From Nitrospirota bacterium (GTDB taxonomy: Bacteria > Nitrospirota > Thermodesulfovibrionia > Thermodesulfovibrionales > JdFR-88), in the NCBI GenBank assembly GCA_021840255.1, contig JAKBYX010000011.1, positions 3,015 through 67,014 of the forward strand: a stretch of 64,000 nucleotides of DNA. The letters are read 5' to 3'. Of the stretch, positions 1-9,600 are shown in pieces. The number at the start of each line of letters is the position of its first letter. Position 1 is the stretch's first letter. The translations under genes were made by a program, and so were the position numbers. The notes below the pieces were generated by a model. That model was not told the origin of the DNA. It saw only the letters and a list, made by a program, of their open reading frames with translations, and made no database searches.

Positions 1-738
1 TCCAACCCGGTCACCTATCTAAAGATATTCGATCAGATAAGGAAGCTCTATGCCTCCCAGCCGGAGGCAAAGGCTCACGGCTACGGGCCTGGTTTCTTTT
101 CGTTCAATGTTCCAGGGGGAAGGTGCCCCACATGCGGCGGGGAGGGTTACCAGAAGTTCGAGATGTATTTTTTTGAAGACCTTTTTATTAAATGCGAAGA
201 TTGCGGGGCCAGCCGCTACACTCCCGAGGCGCTGCGCGTTCATTACAGGGATCGGGACATAAGCCAGGTGCTGGAAATGACCGTGGAGGAGGCCTCAGGG
301 TTTTTCAGCGGCATCCCGGCGATAGCCGGCAAGCTTTCCCAGCTTGAGGAGATCGGCCTTGGATATCTTAAACTGGGGCAGCCTGCGACAACATTGTCCG
401 GCGGGGAGGCGCAGCGGCTTAAGATATGCGCGGAGCTTGGCCTTCCGCGCAAATCGGATTTTCTTTATGTGCTCGACGAGCCCACGGTGGGGCTTCACTA
501 TTACGATGTCGGGGCCCTCTTGAAGATGTTGGGCAAGCTTGTGGACAGGGGCGGCACAGTAGTGGTCATTGAACACAATCTGGACGTTGTTGAAGCTGCG
601 GACTGGGTTATAGACCTTGGCCCCGAAGGCGGGGAAAAGGGAGGCTGGATCGTTTACCAGGGCACTCCCGAGGGTCTCCGGAAAGAACCCCGCTCCCATA
701 CGGGGCGCTACCTTAAAAAGCATCAGGGCAAACGGTAA
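1..738 (+). CDS. uvrA: Excinuclease ABC subunit UvrA family ATPase, 3' part (runs off the window start)
   Basis: Frame open from base 1: SNPVTY..FSFNVPGGRCPTCGGEG zinc finger, LGQPATTLSGGEAQRLK ABC signature, LDEPTVGLH, VIEHNLDV, IDLGPEGG. Confidence 0.93.
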   Translation, partial: SNPVTYLKIFDQIRKLYASQPEAKAHGYGPGFFSFNVPGGRCPTCGGEGYQKFEMYFFEDLFIKCEDCGASRYTPEALRVHYRDRDISQVLEMTVEEASGFFSGIPAIAGKLSQLEEIGLGYLKLGQPATTLSGGEAQRLKICAELGLPRKSDFLYVLDEPTVGLHYYDVGALLKMLGKLVDRGGTVVVIEHNLDVVEAADWVIDLGPEGGEKGGWIVYQGTPEGLRKEPRSHTGRYLKKHQGKR

Positions 739-863
739 AAAGCAGGCCGTTATCCGCCCCTCTCAGCAATATTTTCGATGTTCTGGTAAAATTGCGGCAG
801 GAATAAAAAAGTCCTGCACCGGGAAAAAGAAAAAACGCTTTTTGATTGTGGGGGGTTTTTCCG

Positions 864-1304
864 ATGAGTACTGCGAGGGAGCTTTTTGAAAAAGGGGAGG
901 AACTCCTCAGAAAGGGCGAAAGGCTAGCGGCCCTGGCCAGCTTCGAAAAATCCCTCAAGCTGGACGAATCCAATCTCCTGTGCAAATCTTACCTGGCCCT
1001 TCTTTCCGCCACCCAGAGAGGACAGCTGGAAAACGCGGTAAAGGCCTCCGAGGACATTGTGGAGCAGTCCCCGGGGGAGCCTCTGGTCTATTTGAACCTT
1101 GGCAGGCTTTATCTCATAGCGGAGAGGAAGCAGGACGCGGTGACCACGCTTCGAAAGGGCGCATCCATCAGGAAACTTCCGGAGATAGAGCAACTGCTGG
1201 AGTCCCTGGGCTTGCGCAAAAAACCGGTCATCGGGTTTCTGTCCAGGCAGAATCCCATCAATAAATTTTTGGGGCTCCTGCTTAAAAAACTTCATCTCAG
1301 ATAA
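864..1304 (+). CDS. Small TPR-repeat protein
   Basis: TPR-like helices (ALASFEKSLKLD, VYLNLGRLYL); C-terminal LGLRKKPVIGFLSRQNPINKFLG. Confidence 0.7.
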   Translation: MSTARELFEKGEELLRKGERLAALASFEKSLKLDESNLLCKSYLALLSATQRGQLENAVKASEDIVEQSPGEPLVYLNLGRLYLIAERKQDAVTTLRKGASIRKLPEIEQLLESLGLRKKPVIGFLSRQNPINKFLGLLLKKLHLR

Positions 1305-1364
1305 GGCCTGAAGCCGTTAAGTGGTTGCAAAAATCCCTCATCGGCTGGTTTAATATGAGCAGAC

Positions 1365-2495
1365 ATGCTTAACGCGATAGAGCAAAAAGAAGGCAAGGTC
1401 TATATCCTTGACCAAAGCAAGCTCCCCCACGAGATAGACCTCATTGAATGCAAAAGCTGGAAGGATGTGGCTTGGTGCATCCGGGAGCTGAAAATAAGAG
1501 GAGCCCCGGCTATAGGCATAGCCGCCGCAATGGGAGTGGCCCTTGGCGCCCAAGCGGCGCGGGCCGGAAGCGCAGAGGCGCTTGCAGGGGCGCTTGGGCC
1601 GGTTTATGAAGGGCTTCTGGCAACCCGGCCGACGGCGGTCAATATCAAATGGGCCGTTGACAGGATGAAGGCCAGGCTTGCCGGGTGTAAGGGCAGCGTT
1701 AATGAGGTGAGGGCAACCCTCTGGCAGGAAGCCCAATCCATACTGGAAGAGGACATCAGGATCAACAAGACCATCGGCGCATGGGGTGCGCAGTTCATAA
1801 ATGACGGGGATGTGGTCCTCACTCACTGCAATGCCGGGGCGCTGGCCACGGGGGGATATGGCACGGCGACCGCCGCGATCTTTGTTGCCAGGGAACAGGG
1901 CAAAAAAATCCATGTGATCGTCGATGAGACCAGGCCTGTCCTTCAGGGGGCAAGGCTGACCGCCTTTGAGATGAAAGAGGCGGGCATTCCGATGACCCTT
2001 ATCACGGACAACTCCGCTGGCGCCCTTATGAGAAGAGGGGAGATAGACCTGGCCATTGTGGGCACGGACAGGACCACAAGGAACGGGGACGTTGCAAACA
2101 AGATAGGCACTTATACGGTGGCCGTGCTGTGCAAGGAACACGGGCTGCCTTTCTACGTGGCCGCCCCGTTGAGCAGCATAGATTTTTCGATGGCCTCGGG
2201 CGACATGATACCCATCGAGGAGAGAGACCCTGAAGAAGTGGCGTCTCTGGCCGGCAAAAGAATAGCACCTCACGGGGTAAACGCAAGGAACATGGCCTTT
2301 GATGTCACTCCGGCCAAATATGTGACCGCCATCATTACGGAGCTTGGGGTCTTTAAGCCCGGCGAACTGAAGAAACTTGCGCCGGGGAAGACAAAAGAAA
2401 ATAAAACAGAAAAACCTTCTGTGGCGATGCGGGAAGGTGTGCGGCAGCCAGCAAGCGGGGCGAAAAAGGAAAAAGTCCGGAAGCAGAAAAAGTAG
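1365..2495 (+). CDS. mtnA: S-methyl-5-thioribose-1-phosphate isomerase
   Basis: LDQSKLP, IRGAPAIG, TRPTAVN, LTHCNAGALATGGYGTA, DETRPVLQGARLT, GDVANKIGTY, FDVTP motifs; Lys-rich C-terminal tail. Confidence 0.95.
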   Translation: MLNAIEQKEGKVYILDQSKLPHEIDLIECKSWKDVAWCIRELKIRGAPAIGIAAAMGVALGAQAARAGSAEALAGALGPVYEGLLATRPTAVNIKWAVDRMKARLAGCKGSVNEVRATLWQEAQSILEEDIRINKTIGAWGAQFINDGDVVLTHCNAGALATGGYGTATAAIFVAREQGKKIHVIVDETRPVLQGARLTAFEMKEAGIPMTLITDNSAGALMRRGEIDLAIVGTDRTTRNGDVANKIGTYTVAVLCKEHGLPFYVAAPLSSIDFSMASGDMIPIEERDPEEVASLAGKRIAPHGVNARNMAFDVTPAKYVTAIITELGVFKPGELKKLAPGKTKENKTEKPSVAMREGVRQPASGAKKEKVRKQKK

Positions 2496-2496
2496 A

Positions 2497-3486
2497 ATGA
2501 TCAAGGAAGTCAACCAGGACATAAAAAAGATATTTGATTCCTACGAAGGGGACCTCCTCCGCGTGGAGGAAAGCCTCAGAGGGCTTTTCGCCAGCGATAT
2601 CGTTCTCATACCGCTTATCGGACGCTACCTTGTCGAGGGTGGAGGCAAGCGCATAAGGCCTGTTTTTCTGCTTGTGAGCGCAAGGCTTTCCGGCTACATG
2701 GGCTCCGGCCATATCACGCTTGCGGGGGTCATAGAATCGATACACAGCGCCTCCCTCCTGCACGATGACGTGGTGGATACGGCAGAGGTGAGAAGGGGCA
2801 GGCCGGCGGCGCATGTGACATGGGGCAATCAGGCCGTTGTGCTTGTAGGGGATTTTCTGTACGCAAATGCCCTTAAACAGGCCGTGACCTCCGGGGACAT
2901 AAGGGTCATCGGTGCGCTGTCCGGCGCCGTGACCTCCATGACCGAAGGGGAGCTCCTTCAGCTTGAAAAATCGGGTGACGTGAACATAACCGAGGATGAT
3001 TACATAAAGATAATCTCTTCCAAAACGGGAGTTCTGATGTCGGCTGCATGCAGGATCGGGGCGCTCCTGGGAGGAGCTCCTCCCGAATGGGAGGAGGCCC
3101 TGGCCCGGTTCGGGCTCAAGGCGGGAATAACGTTTCAAATGGCCGATGACGTGCTGGACTATATGGCTGGCGATGGCGGGTTTGGCAAGAAACTTGGCAA
3201 GGACTTGGAGGAGGGCAAGATAACCCTTCCTCTTATAAACCTGCTCAGGGAGGCCAGCGGGAGCGAGCGCGATGAGATAAAGGGCATCCTTGAGAGCGGC
3301 CCCACCCGGGAGGGCCTGGGCAGAGTGCTTGAGCTGTTCAAGAAATACGACGCGGTGAACGTTGCGCTTGAAAAGGCCAGGCGGTATCTTGATGACGCAA
3401 AGGCTGAACTTAATATAATCAGGGATTGTCCCGAGAAACAGGAACTCCTCACCCTTGCCGATTATGCCCTGAAAAGGGAATTTTAA
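2497..3486 (+). CDS. Trans-polyprenyl diphosphate synthase (octa/heptaprenyl type)
   Basis: [18 protein letters not shown] (first DDxxD), FQMADDVLD (second DDxxD), [12 protein letters not shown]; ATG immediately after the mtnA stop. Confidence 0.92.
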   Translation: MIKEVNQDIKKIFDSYEGDLLRVEESLRGLFASDIVLIPLIGRYLVEGGGKRIRPVFLLVSARLSGYMGSGHITLAGVIESIHSASLLHDDVVDTAEVRRGRPAAHVTWGNQAVVLVGDFLYANALKQAVTSGDIRVIGALSGAVTSMTEGELLQLEKSGDVNITEDDYIKIISSKTGVLMSAACRIGALLGGAPPEWEEALARFGLKAGITFQMADDVLDYMAGDGGFGKKLGKDLEEGKITLPLINLLREASGSERDEIKGILESGPTREGLGRVLELFKKYDAVNVALEKARRYLDDAKAELNIIRDCPEKQELLTLADYALKREF

Positions 3487-3500
3487 AGGATGCGCCGCCT

Positions 3501-4022
3501 ATGCACCCACCCATGCACCCTATAGTAGCCCTCGTAAAAAAAGCGGTTGATATCTATGTGAGGGAAGGGAAGGTCATATCAGACACCGGTGAGCTTTCCA
3601 AGGAACTTACGGAGAAGGCTGGTGTCTTTGTCTGTCTTAAAAAAAAAGGCCAGCTAAGGGGCTGTATTGGCACTATTGAACCTGTCACCGGCTGCGCCTC
3701 CCTGGAAGCGGTAAGAAACGCCATAGCCTCAGCCACCGAGGACCCCCGTTTTTTCCCGGTGTCGGAAGACGAATTGGAAGAACTGGACTATTCCGTTGAT
3801 GTCCTTTGCCCGCCCGAGAAAGTAAATTCCCTATCGGACCTTGATGCCAAAAAATATGGCGTAATAGTATCAAAGGGGGCTAGGAAAGGTCTTCTCCTTC
3901 CCGACATCGAAGGGGTCAATACCACGGAAGAGCAGGTGAGGATAGCCATGTTGAAGGCGGGCATTCCGCCTGGGGAAAAAGACATAGAGATATACAGGTT
4001 CGAAGTTAAGAGGTATTCCTGA
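3501..4022 (+). CDS. amrA: AMMECR1 / AmmeMemoRadiSam system protein A
   Basis: [35 protein letters not shown] motifs. Confidence 0.88.
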   Translation: MHPPMHPIVALVKKAVDIYVREGKVISDTGELSKELTEKAGVFVCLKKKGQLRGCIGTIEPVTGCASLEAVRNAIASATEDPRFFPVSEDELEELDYSVDVLCPPEKVNSLSDLDAKKYGVIVSKGARKGLLLPDIEGVNTTEEQVRIAMLKAGIPPGEKDIEIYRFEVKRYS

Positions 4023-4023
4023 G

Positions 4024-5565
4024 ATGAATGAAGAACAGGACGAAAAGCAAACACTGCCGCTTAAAGGGAATTTCCAGCAGGACGCGTCTTTCCCAAGGCT
4101 CCTTGCGTTTCTGAACGAATCCGGGCGGACCGGCACACTCACGGTCACATCCGGCGCGATCGCCAAAAAAGTGTACATGAAAGATGGGGAGGCGGTGTTC
4201 GCCTCATCGAACAGCAACGACGACTGGCTGGGTGTCGCGCTCGTAAAGGCCGGGAAGATCTCCCTTCAGCAGTTCGATTACTCCACAGAGATAATGAAAA
4301 AGTCCGGCAAGAGGCACGGCGCGGTGCTCGTTGAGCTTGGTTATATCACTCCCAAGGAGCTTTTCTGGGCAGTTAAATACCAGGTGAGAGAGATAATCTA
4401 CAGCCTCTTTGAGTATGACAGGGCCGAATACGAGTTTGTGGAAAGCCAGATACCCGATGAGGTCATTACATTGAAGATGAGCACCGGCAGCCTCATATAT
4501 GAGGGGGTAAGCCGGATAGACAATCTTATACGCATCAAGGAGGAGATACCTCCGGTATGGACGACGCTGCAGTTGAATGATGACCCCTTGCGGCTCTTCC
4601 AGAACGTCCAGTTCTCTCCCAAGGACAAAAAGATACTGTCACTGGTAGACGGGCAAAGGACCATCAAGCAGGTGATAGAGGATTCCTGGTTCAACAGCTT
4701 CGAGGCGATGAAGATAGTCTATGTTTTCTGGGCAATAGGGATACTGACCGAAAAGAAGATGGAGACGGAAAACATCACTCTGGACGTTCTTCTCCATGAG
4801 CCCCTGCCCGGGGAGGGGCGGGACGCCTTCGCCTCAAAGGTGGTGGCCTTTCACTCTAAACTCCCAGGGATGGACCCGTATGAGCTTTTGGGGCTGGACG
4901 CGGGGGCAACCACCCAGGAGACAAAGAAAAACTATTACCGGCTCGCCAGGGAGTTCCACCCGGAGAGGGTGTTTGATTCCGATGAGCAGCAGTTGAAGGA
5001 AAAGCTCGTTGATATATTCGATGCCGTAAAGGGGGCTTACATTGCGCTTATGCGGCAGCACGCGCAGGACGAGGCCGGCGCGGCAACCTCAACGGCGCCT
5101 GAAATTAAAAGTGAAAATGACCCAGTAGAGGCCGGTCTTCCTGTAAACAATATAGAGGCGGCCGGAAATAATATAGAGGCGTACGAATATACAGAGGCCG
5201 CAGAAAACAATATAGGGCCGCGCGAGGATGCCCCCCAAAAAGCTGACGCTGCTCAAAGCAGCGGTGAAGCGCCCGGCCTGATCGGGTCTTTAAGGGAGGC
5301 AACCCGGAGCGACCCTTTAAACCCTGAACACTGGAGACGTCTTGCCCTGGCACTGAGCAGTGGGTATGGCGATTTTTTTGAGGAGGCGGAGAGGGCGATG
5401 TTCGAGGCCTTAGGGCTCTCCCCGCTGGAAGGAGACTGCTATGCGGAGCTTGGGTATATTTATCTGAAGGCCGGAAGAAGCGGAGAGGCAAAGAGGCAGT
5501 TTGAAAAAGCCCTCGTCCTGGACCCCGAAAATCAAAAAGCCTTGGAAGGGTTGAGGCACTTTTAG
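4024..5565 (+). CDS. DUF4388-like domain + J-like domain + TPR protein
   Basis: TGTLTV..VYMKDGEAVFASS, LGVALVKAGKI, GAVLVELGYI; DPYELLGL..KKNYYRLAREFHPE; C-terminal TPR (YAELGYIYLKAG..FEKALVLDPEN). Confidence 0.8.
   Translation: MNEEQDEKQTLPLKGNFQQDASFPRLLAFLNESGRTGTLTVTSGAIAKKVYMKDGEAVFASSNSNDDWLGVALVKAGKISLQQFDYSTEIMKKSGKRHGAVLVELGYITPKELFWAVKYQVREIIYSLFEYDRAEYEFVESQIPDEVITLKMSTGSLIYEGVSRIDNLIRIKEEIPPVWTTLQLNDDPLRLFQNVQFSPKDKKILSLVDGQRTIKQVIEDSWFNSFEAMKIVYVFWAIGILTEKKMETENITLDVLLHEPLPGEGRDAFASKVVAFHSKLPGMDPYELLGLDAGATTQETKKNYYRLAREFHPERVFDSDEQQLKEKLVDIFDAVKGAYIALMRQHAQDEAGAATSTAPEIKSENDPVEAGLPVNNIEAAGNNIEAYEYTEAAENNIGPREDAPQKADAAQSSGEAPGLIGSLREATRSDPLNPEHWRRLALALSSGYGDFFEEAERAMFEALGLSPLEGDCYAELGYIYLKAGRSGEAKRQFEKALVLDPENQKALEGLRHF
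5146..5223 (+). repeat. Degenerate in-frame tandem repeats (18-21 bp, NNIEAA-like peptide units)
   Basis: aacaatatagaggcg / aataatatagaggcg / tatacagaggccg / aacaatatagggccg. Confidence 0.7.
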
Positions 5566-5730
5566 GTTTTAGCGTTGCAACACGTCTTTATTTTTCGCGC
5601 ACAATATTAAAAGAAACAACCGTGCCGCGGCACGGAATCACGGCAAAAGGAGGGCGGAGCAGGCCCCGCCCCCATGAATCCCAAAAAATAAATCAATAAA
5701 GAATTTTTTTGTTTGAACCCAAAGACAGAC

Positions 5731-6366
5731 TTACTGCTTTTGGGGTTCCGTCTTTTTTGAGAAGAGGCCCTTTTTAGGTTTCGGCTCCGGGATGCGCTCT
5801 CCTTCCATGCGAATGATCCTTCCTTCGACCTTCGCCCCTTTTTCTATGGAGAGGTATTCCCTGTATACCAATTCTCCTTTCCCCTGGGCGTTGGAGCCTA
5901 CGTCTATCTCGGCGCTTTCAAGGGTGCCGCTGAATTCTCCGTTTATGTGGATCTTTATAGCCGCCTGGATCTTCCCCCCATGGAATTTCCCCGTGACCTT
6001 AACATAGCCCCCCGCAACTATATCGCCCCCGGTCATGCCGCCCTCGATCTCCACGCTGCCGCCTTTGGTCCTGATATTTCCCTTGCAGTTGCCTTTGATG
6101 AATATATTGGAATTTTCAGCGCTGGTGATATCGCCCTCGTAATCCCCGGTGACCTCCAGGTCTCGGGTGATTATCATATTACCGGTTAGCCTGCTGCCGC
6201 TGATGATGGCATTCATGTTCCCTTCATTCCTGGGCGCAGCCAGTGCGCTCTTGCCAGCCTCCGTTGCCCCTCCTTCATAGGCCGCGCGCTCAGGCAGTTT
6301 CAACAGCGACACAGGTTTTTCGGAATGGTTATCCGGTTTCTCGATGGCCTTCAGATTCTCGCTCAT
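5731..6366 (-). CDS. Bactofilin (polymer-forming cytoskeletal) family protein
   Basis: IISGSRLTGNM..LEVTGDYEGDI and INGEFSGTL..LSIEKGAKVEGRI beta-helix repeats; AAGGAG SD before ATG 6366. Confidence 0.8.
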   Translation of the reverse strand: MSENLKAIEKPDNHSEKPVSLLKLPERAAYEGGATEAGKSALAAPRNEGNMNAIISGSRLTGNMIITRDLEVTGDYEGDITSAENSNIFIKGNCKGNIRTKGGSVEIEGGMTGGDIVAGGYVKVTGKFHGGKIQAAIKIHINGEFSGTLESAEIDVGSNAQGKGELVYREYLSIEKGAKVEGRIIRMEGERIPEPKPKKGLFSKKTEPQKQ

Positions 6367-6774
6367 GTATGTGCTCCTTTCGTCCGGAGTCTTCCGGCAA
6401 ATGATGGACGTTTTCTTAAAAGTGTTATCCCGCCGCACGGGCATTCTGGATTTTCTGGAACCCGGTCTTTAGTAAAATTTTTCAAGTGTGCCGTTTTGAA
6501 AATGGCCGCCCTTGCTAGTTATGAAAAGAGGTCGTTTTCATCCGCGGGGGTGTTTTTAACAGCTCCTTCGCCTGGGAGATGCCCCGTTTGGAAAGCCATG
6601 ACGAAGCGCATCCAAGGAAAAGCAGCTGCATTTTGCGCTTCGTTATAGGGCTTGCCAAGGTTCACGTACGGGACTTGAAGTAATTATATGGGAACGGAAT
6701 GGATTTGAAATATGACGGGAGTCACCAAAGCTGATCCTGCGGCAACATGCCCCTTGATAGCCAAAGGAAGAAAT

Positions 6775-7251
6775 CTATTTTTTTGCTGCCCTTTGGAAGA
6801 CCCCGCTTTTACCGCCGCTTTTGCGGGTGAGCATGACGTCCTGTATCACCGCTCCTTTGTCCACGGCCTTGCACATGTCATAGACGGTAAGGGCGGCCAC
6901 CGAGGCCGCAACCAGCGCCTCCATCTCCACCCCCGTCGGGCCGGTGGTCTTTACGGAGGACTCTATTTCCACGGAATTTTTTTCCTCATCCAGCCAGATA
7001 TCCACCCCGGCCTGCGAGATCGCCAGGGGATGGCAAAGAGGTATGAGCTCCGGGGTTTTTTTCGCGGCCATGATCCCCGCGATCCGGGCGGACGCCTGCA
7101 CGTCTCCCTTGGGCATGCGGCCTTCCCTTATAAGGAGGATGCTCTCCGGGCTCAGAAGGACGGTCGCGCGGGCAACCGCCTGCCTGGAGGTGGAAGGTTT
7201 CCCGCTTATGTCCACCATCCGGGCCCTTCCCTTGGCATCCAGGTGGCTCAG
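6775..7251 (-). CDS. moaC: Cyclic pyranopterin monophosphate synthase MoaC (start uncertain: CTG 7251 or ATG 7218)
   Basis: LSHLDAKGRARMVDISGK, KGDV..ARIAGIMAAKKT, LIPLCHP, TGVEMEAL, YDMCKAVDK, KSGGKSG. Confidence 0.93.
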   Translation of the reverse strand: MSHLDAKGRARMVDISGKPSTSRQAVARATVLLSPESILLIREGRMPKGDVQASARIAGIMAAKKTPELIPLCHPLAISQAGVDIWLDEEKNSVEIESSVKTTGPTGVEMEALVAASVAALTVYDMCKAVDKGAVIQDVMLTRKSGGKSGVFQRAAKK

Positions 7252-7277
7252 GGATTTTTTGTTTTTCGTCTCTTTTT

Positions 7278-8231
7278 TTACCCCCGTCTTGATCTTTTCA
7301 CCTTTTTAAGCAGCGCCTTCGCGGTTTTTGCCTGATGGCTTTTGGGGTATTTCTCTATGACCTGCCTGAAAAGCGCCGCTGCCACCTTCTTGTCATTCGT
7401 CTTCAGGAAAGAGATGCCCTGCTGCAAAAGCGCGTTTGGCACCTTTATGCTCTTTGGGTAGTGTTTTACGACCTTTTCATATGCGAGTATTGCCTGGTCA
7501 TAGTTTTTCTGCTTGAAATAACTTTCGGCTATCCAGAACTGCGAGTTTCCGGCAAGTGGATCATCCGGGAATTTCTTTAAGAACTTCTCAAACCCCTGCC
7601 TGGCGCCGTCGTATTTTCCACTCTGGTAACTGGCATATGCTTTGTCATAAACGGTCTGGGGCGTCTGGGCTGCTTCCTGCGCCTGCTGTTGTTCCTTTGC
7701 TGCCTGGGCGGCTTGAGCGGCCTGCGCTGCCTTCACCTGGGCTGCCTGGGCCTGCAACGCGGTCTCAAGCTTGGTGATCCTGCTGCCAAGGGAGTCCAGC
7801 GCGGTTTGCTGCTGCGCTATCTTTTTTTCCAGTCCTGCCGTCTCTGAAGACTGGTCGGAAAAGAACTGCTGGTTTTGGTGCTTTTGCTCATCCACGCTGC
7901 CCCTGAGATTGTTCAGATCGCTCTGCATGCTCGACAACTGGTCCAGCACTCCCGCCTGCGAAGACCTTATGGTGTGCAGTTCCGTTGCACTCTTGGAGGA
8001 AAGTGTTTTCTGGGACGCCTGGATGTTGGTGCTCATGCTGTTGACCTGGGTTTGAAGCGTATACGTCTGGTTTTGTAGCTCGCTTATGTCCGCCTTCATC
8101 TGGGCCTGGTCATCTGCGCAGCCGGCGGTCAGCGCGGCAATGGCGCATAACAAAACCAGAACGGGCCAGTGTTTTTTAAAAAAAACGCCTATCATGTCTT
8201 TTTTGCCTTTTTTGTCTTCTTTTCTCCCCAT
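7278..8231 (-). CDS. cpoB: Tol-Pal associated cell division coordinator CpoB/YbgF (predicted lipoprotein)
   Basis: Lipobox LTAGC, long coiled coil, TPRs (FLKKFPDDPLAGNSQFWIAESYF; YPKSIKVPNALLQQG); directly downstream of tolB. Confidence 0.88.
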   Translation of the reverse strand: MGRKEDKKGKKDMIGVFFKKHWPVLVLLCAIAALTAGCADDQAQMKADISELQNQTYTLQTQVNSMSTNIQASQKTLSSKSATELHTIRSSQAGVLDQLSSMQSDLNNLRGSVDEQKHQNQQFFSDQSSETAGLEKKIAQQQTALDSLGSRITKLETALQAQAAQVKAAQAAQAAQAAKEQQQAQEAAQTPQTVYDKAYASYQSGKYDGARQGFEKFLKKFPDDPLAGNSQFWIAESYFKQKNYDQAILAYEKVVKHYPKSIKVPNALLQQGISFLKTNDKKVAAALFRQVIEKYPKSHQAKTAKALLKKVKRSRRG

Positions 8232-8262
8232 TATGCCTCCGTCCAAAAGATTTTTTTGTTTT

Positions 8263-9567
8263 TTATTGAAAACTCCATCTTGGACCATATGCGGTCATGC
8301 CGGGCGGGCTCAGCCTTTTCTGGTTCTTGCCGTTGGCCTGCATTACGTAGATCTCCCTGCGCCCGTCACGGTTTGAGGTGAATGCGATAAGGCTGCCGTC
8401 TGGTGAGAAGCATGGTTGGTCGTTGACGCCCGCGTCCGTAAGGAGCATCTGGTCCGATCCGTCCGTTTTGACAGTGAATATCTGGCTGATGCCGTCGTAT
8501 CTTCCCACAAAAACTATCCTTTTTCCGTCGGGCGACCATGCCGGGGAGGTATTGTAATTTCCCTGGAATGTAACCCTCGAAATATTATAGCCATCAGAGT
8601 CCATGATGTAAATCTGGGCGTTGCCGCTCCTGTCGGATACGAACGCTATCTTTTTGCCGTCAGGAGAGAAGGCCGGAGACACGTCTATCCCCAGGGATTT
8701 TGTCAGTCTCACAAGCTTGCCGTTACCCAGCTTTTCATATAGATTGGGGCTGCCTTTGAAGGAAGAAGAGAAGACCACATCTCCGGCTGCGTCAATGTCC
8801 CCGGCCAGGTTTGTGCCTCCGGCCCGGAAGACTGCGGTTTCCCTTGCCCCCGCCAGATTGATCTTGTATATGCCCCACGCCCTGTGGCGCTCCGCTGTAT
8901 AAAGCAAGGTCCCCCCGTCCCTGGACCACCTTGGGGGCAGCAGTATCGTTTCATTGAGCCCCAGAAAGCGCATGCGCCTTGTGTCCCAGTCGGAGACCAC
9001 GATGTCTTTCCTGCCCCTTTTGGTGGTGATGAAGGCGAGCCTGCTTGTAAACGGGCCCTTAAGGCCTGTAAGCGCCTGGTATATATCTTCCGCCATGGAA
9101 TGGGAAAGCGGCCTCAGGAGGTCCTCGGGGGCGCTGTAGGTCTTGCTCAGGATGGCGGCCCCGGACTCCACGTCATAAAGGGTCGCCGAGACCTGGAACT
9201 CACCCTCTGGCGTGTAATTAACCGTGCCCTTCAGCACGAAAAACACCCCCGCCGGCTGCCAGTCCGCACGGTTGAAAGGCTGGTAAGGGGCCTCGGTAAA
9301 ACCTTTTTTGTCAAGGAACAGGAACAGTCCTGTATAGTCCAGGTCTTCCTGAACCACCTTCGATATCTCCGTCCCTCCCAAACCCGAAAGAGGGCTTATG
9401 GCTATGGGGACTTTTCTGTTGGGGTTGTTGATGTTCACGTATATCATCGCCCGCGCCATGCGAGCGCAGAAGAGGGAGAGCATCGCGAAAAGGGTGAAGA
9501 ATATGGCGCCCTGGATCAGCGGATAGCGCCGGAAGGTCTTTTTCTTTTTCTGACTTTTCTCTTTCAT
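8263..9567 (-). CDS. tolB: Tol-Pal beta-propeller protein TolB
   Basis: N-terminal TolB domain (DLDYTGLF) plus PD40 repeats (SPAFSPDGKKIAFVSDRSG, SPAWSPDG). Confidence 0.92.
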   Translation of the reverse strand: MKEKSQKKKKTFRRYPLIQGAIFFTLFAMLSLFCARMARAMIYVNINNPNRKVPIAISPLSGLGGTEISKVVQEDLDYTGLFLFLDKKGFTEAPYQPFNRADWQPAGVFFVLKGTVNYTPEGEFQVSATLYDVESGAAILSKTYSAPEDLLRPLSHSMAEDIYQALTGLKGPFTSRLAFITTKRGRKDIVVSDWDTRRMRFLGLNETILLPPRWSRDGGTLLYTAERHRAWGIYKINLAGARETAVFRAGGTNLAGDIDAAGDVVFSSSFKGSPNLYEKLGNGKLVRLTKSLGIDVSPAFSPDGKKIAFVSDRSGNAQIYIMDSDGYNISRVTFQGNYNTSPAWSPDGKRIVFVGRYDGISQIFTVKTDGSDQMLLTDAGVNDQPCFSPDGSLIAFTSNRDGRREIYVMQANGKNQKRLSPPGMTAYGPRWSFQ

Positions 9568-9600
9568 GATACCCAAATTATTAAAATGACCTCCTTTTTT

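Noticed and set aside
1350-2522. 390-aa minus-strand ORF opposite mtnA
   Set aside because: Antisense shadow of a well-supported gene; no motifs; expected with GC-rich codon bias
3501-3520. atgcaccc duplication at the amrA start (and ggatccggatcc at 41095-41106)
   Set aside because: Very short local duplications; they only make start-codon choice ambiguous
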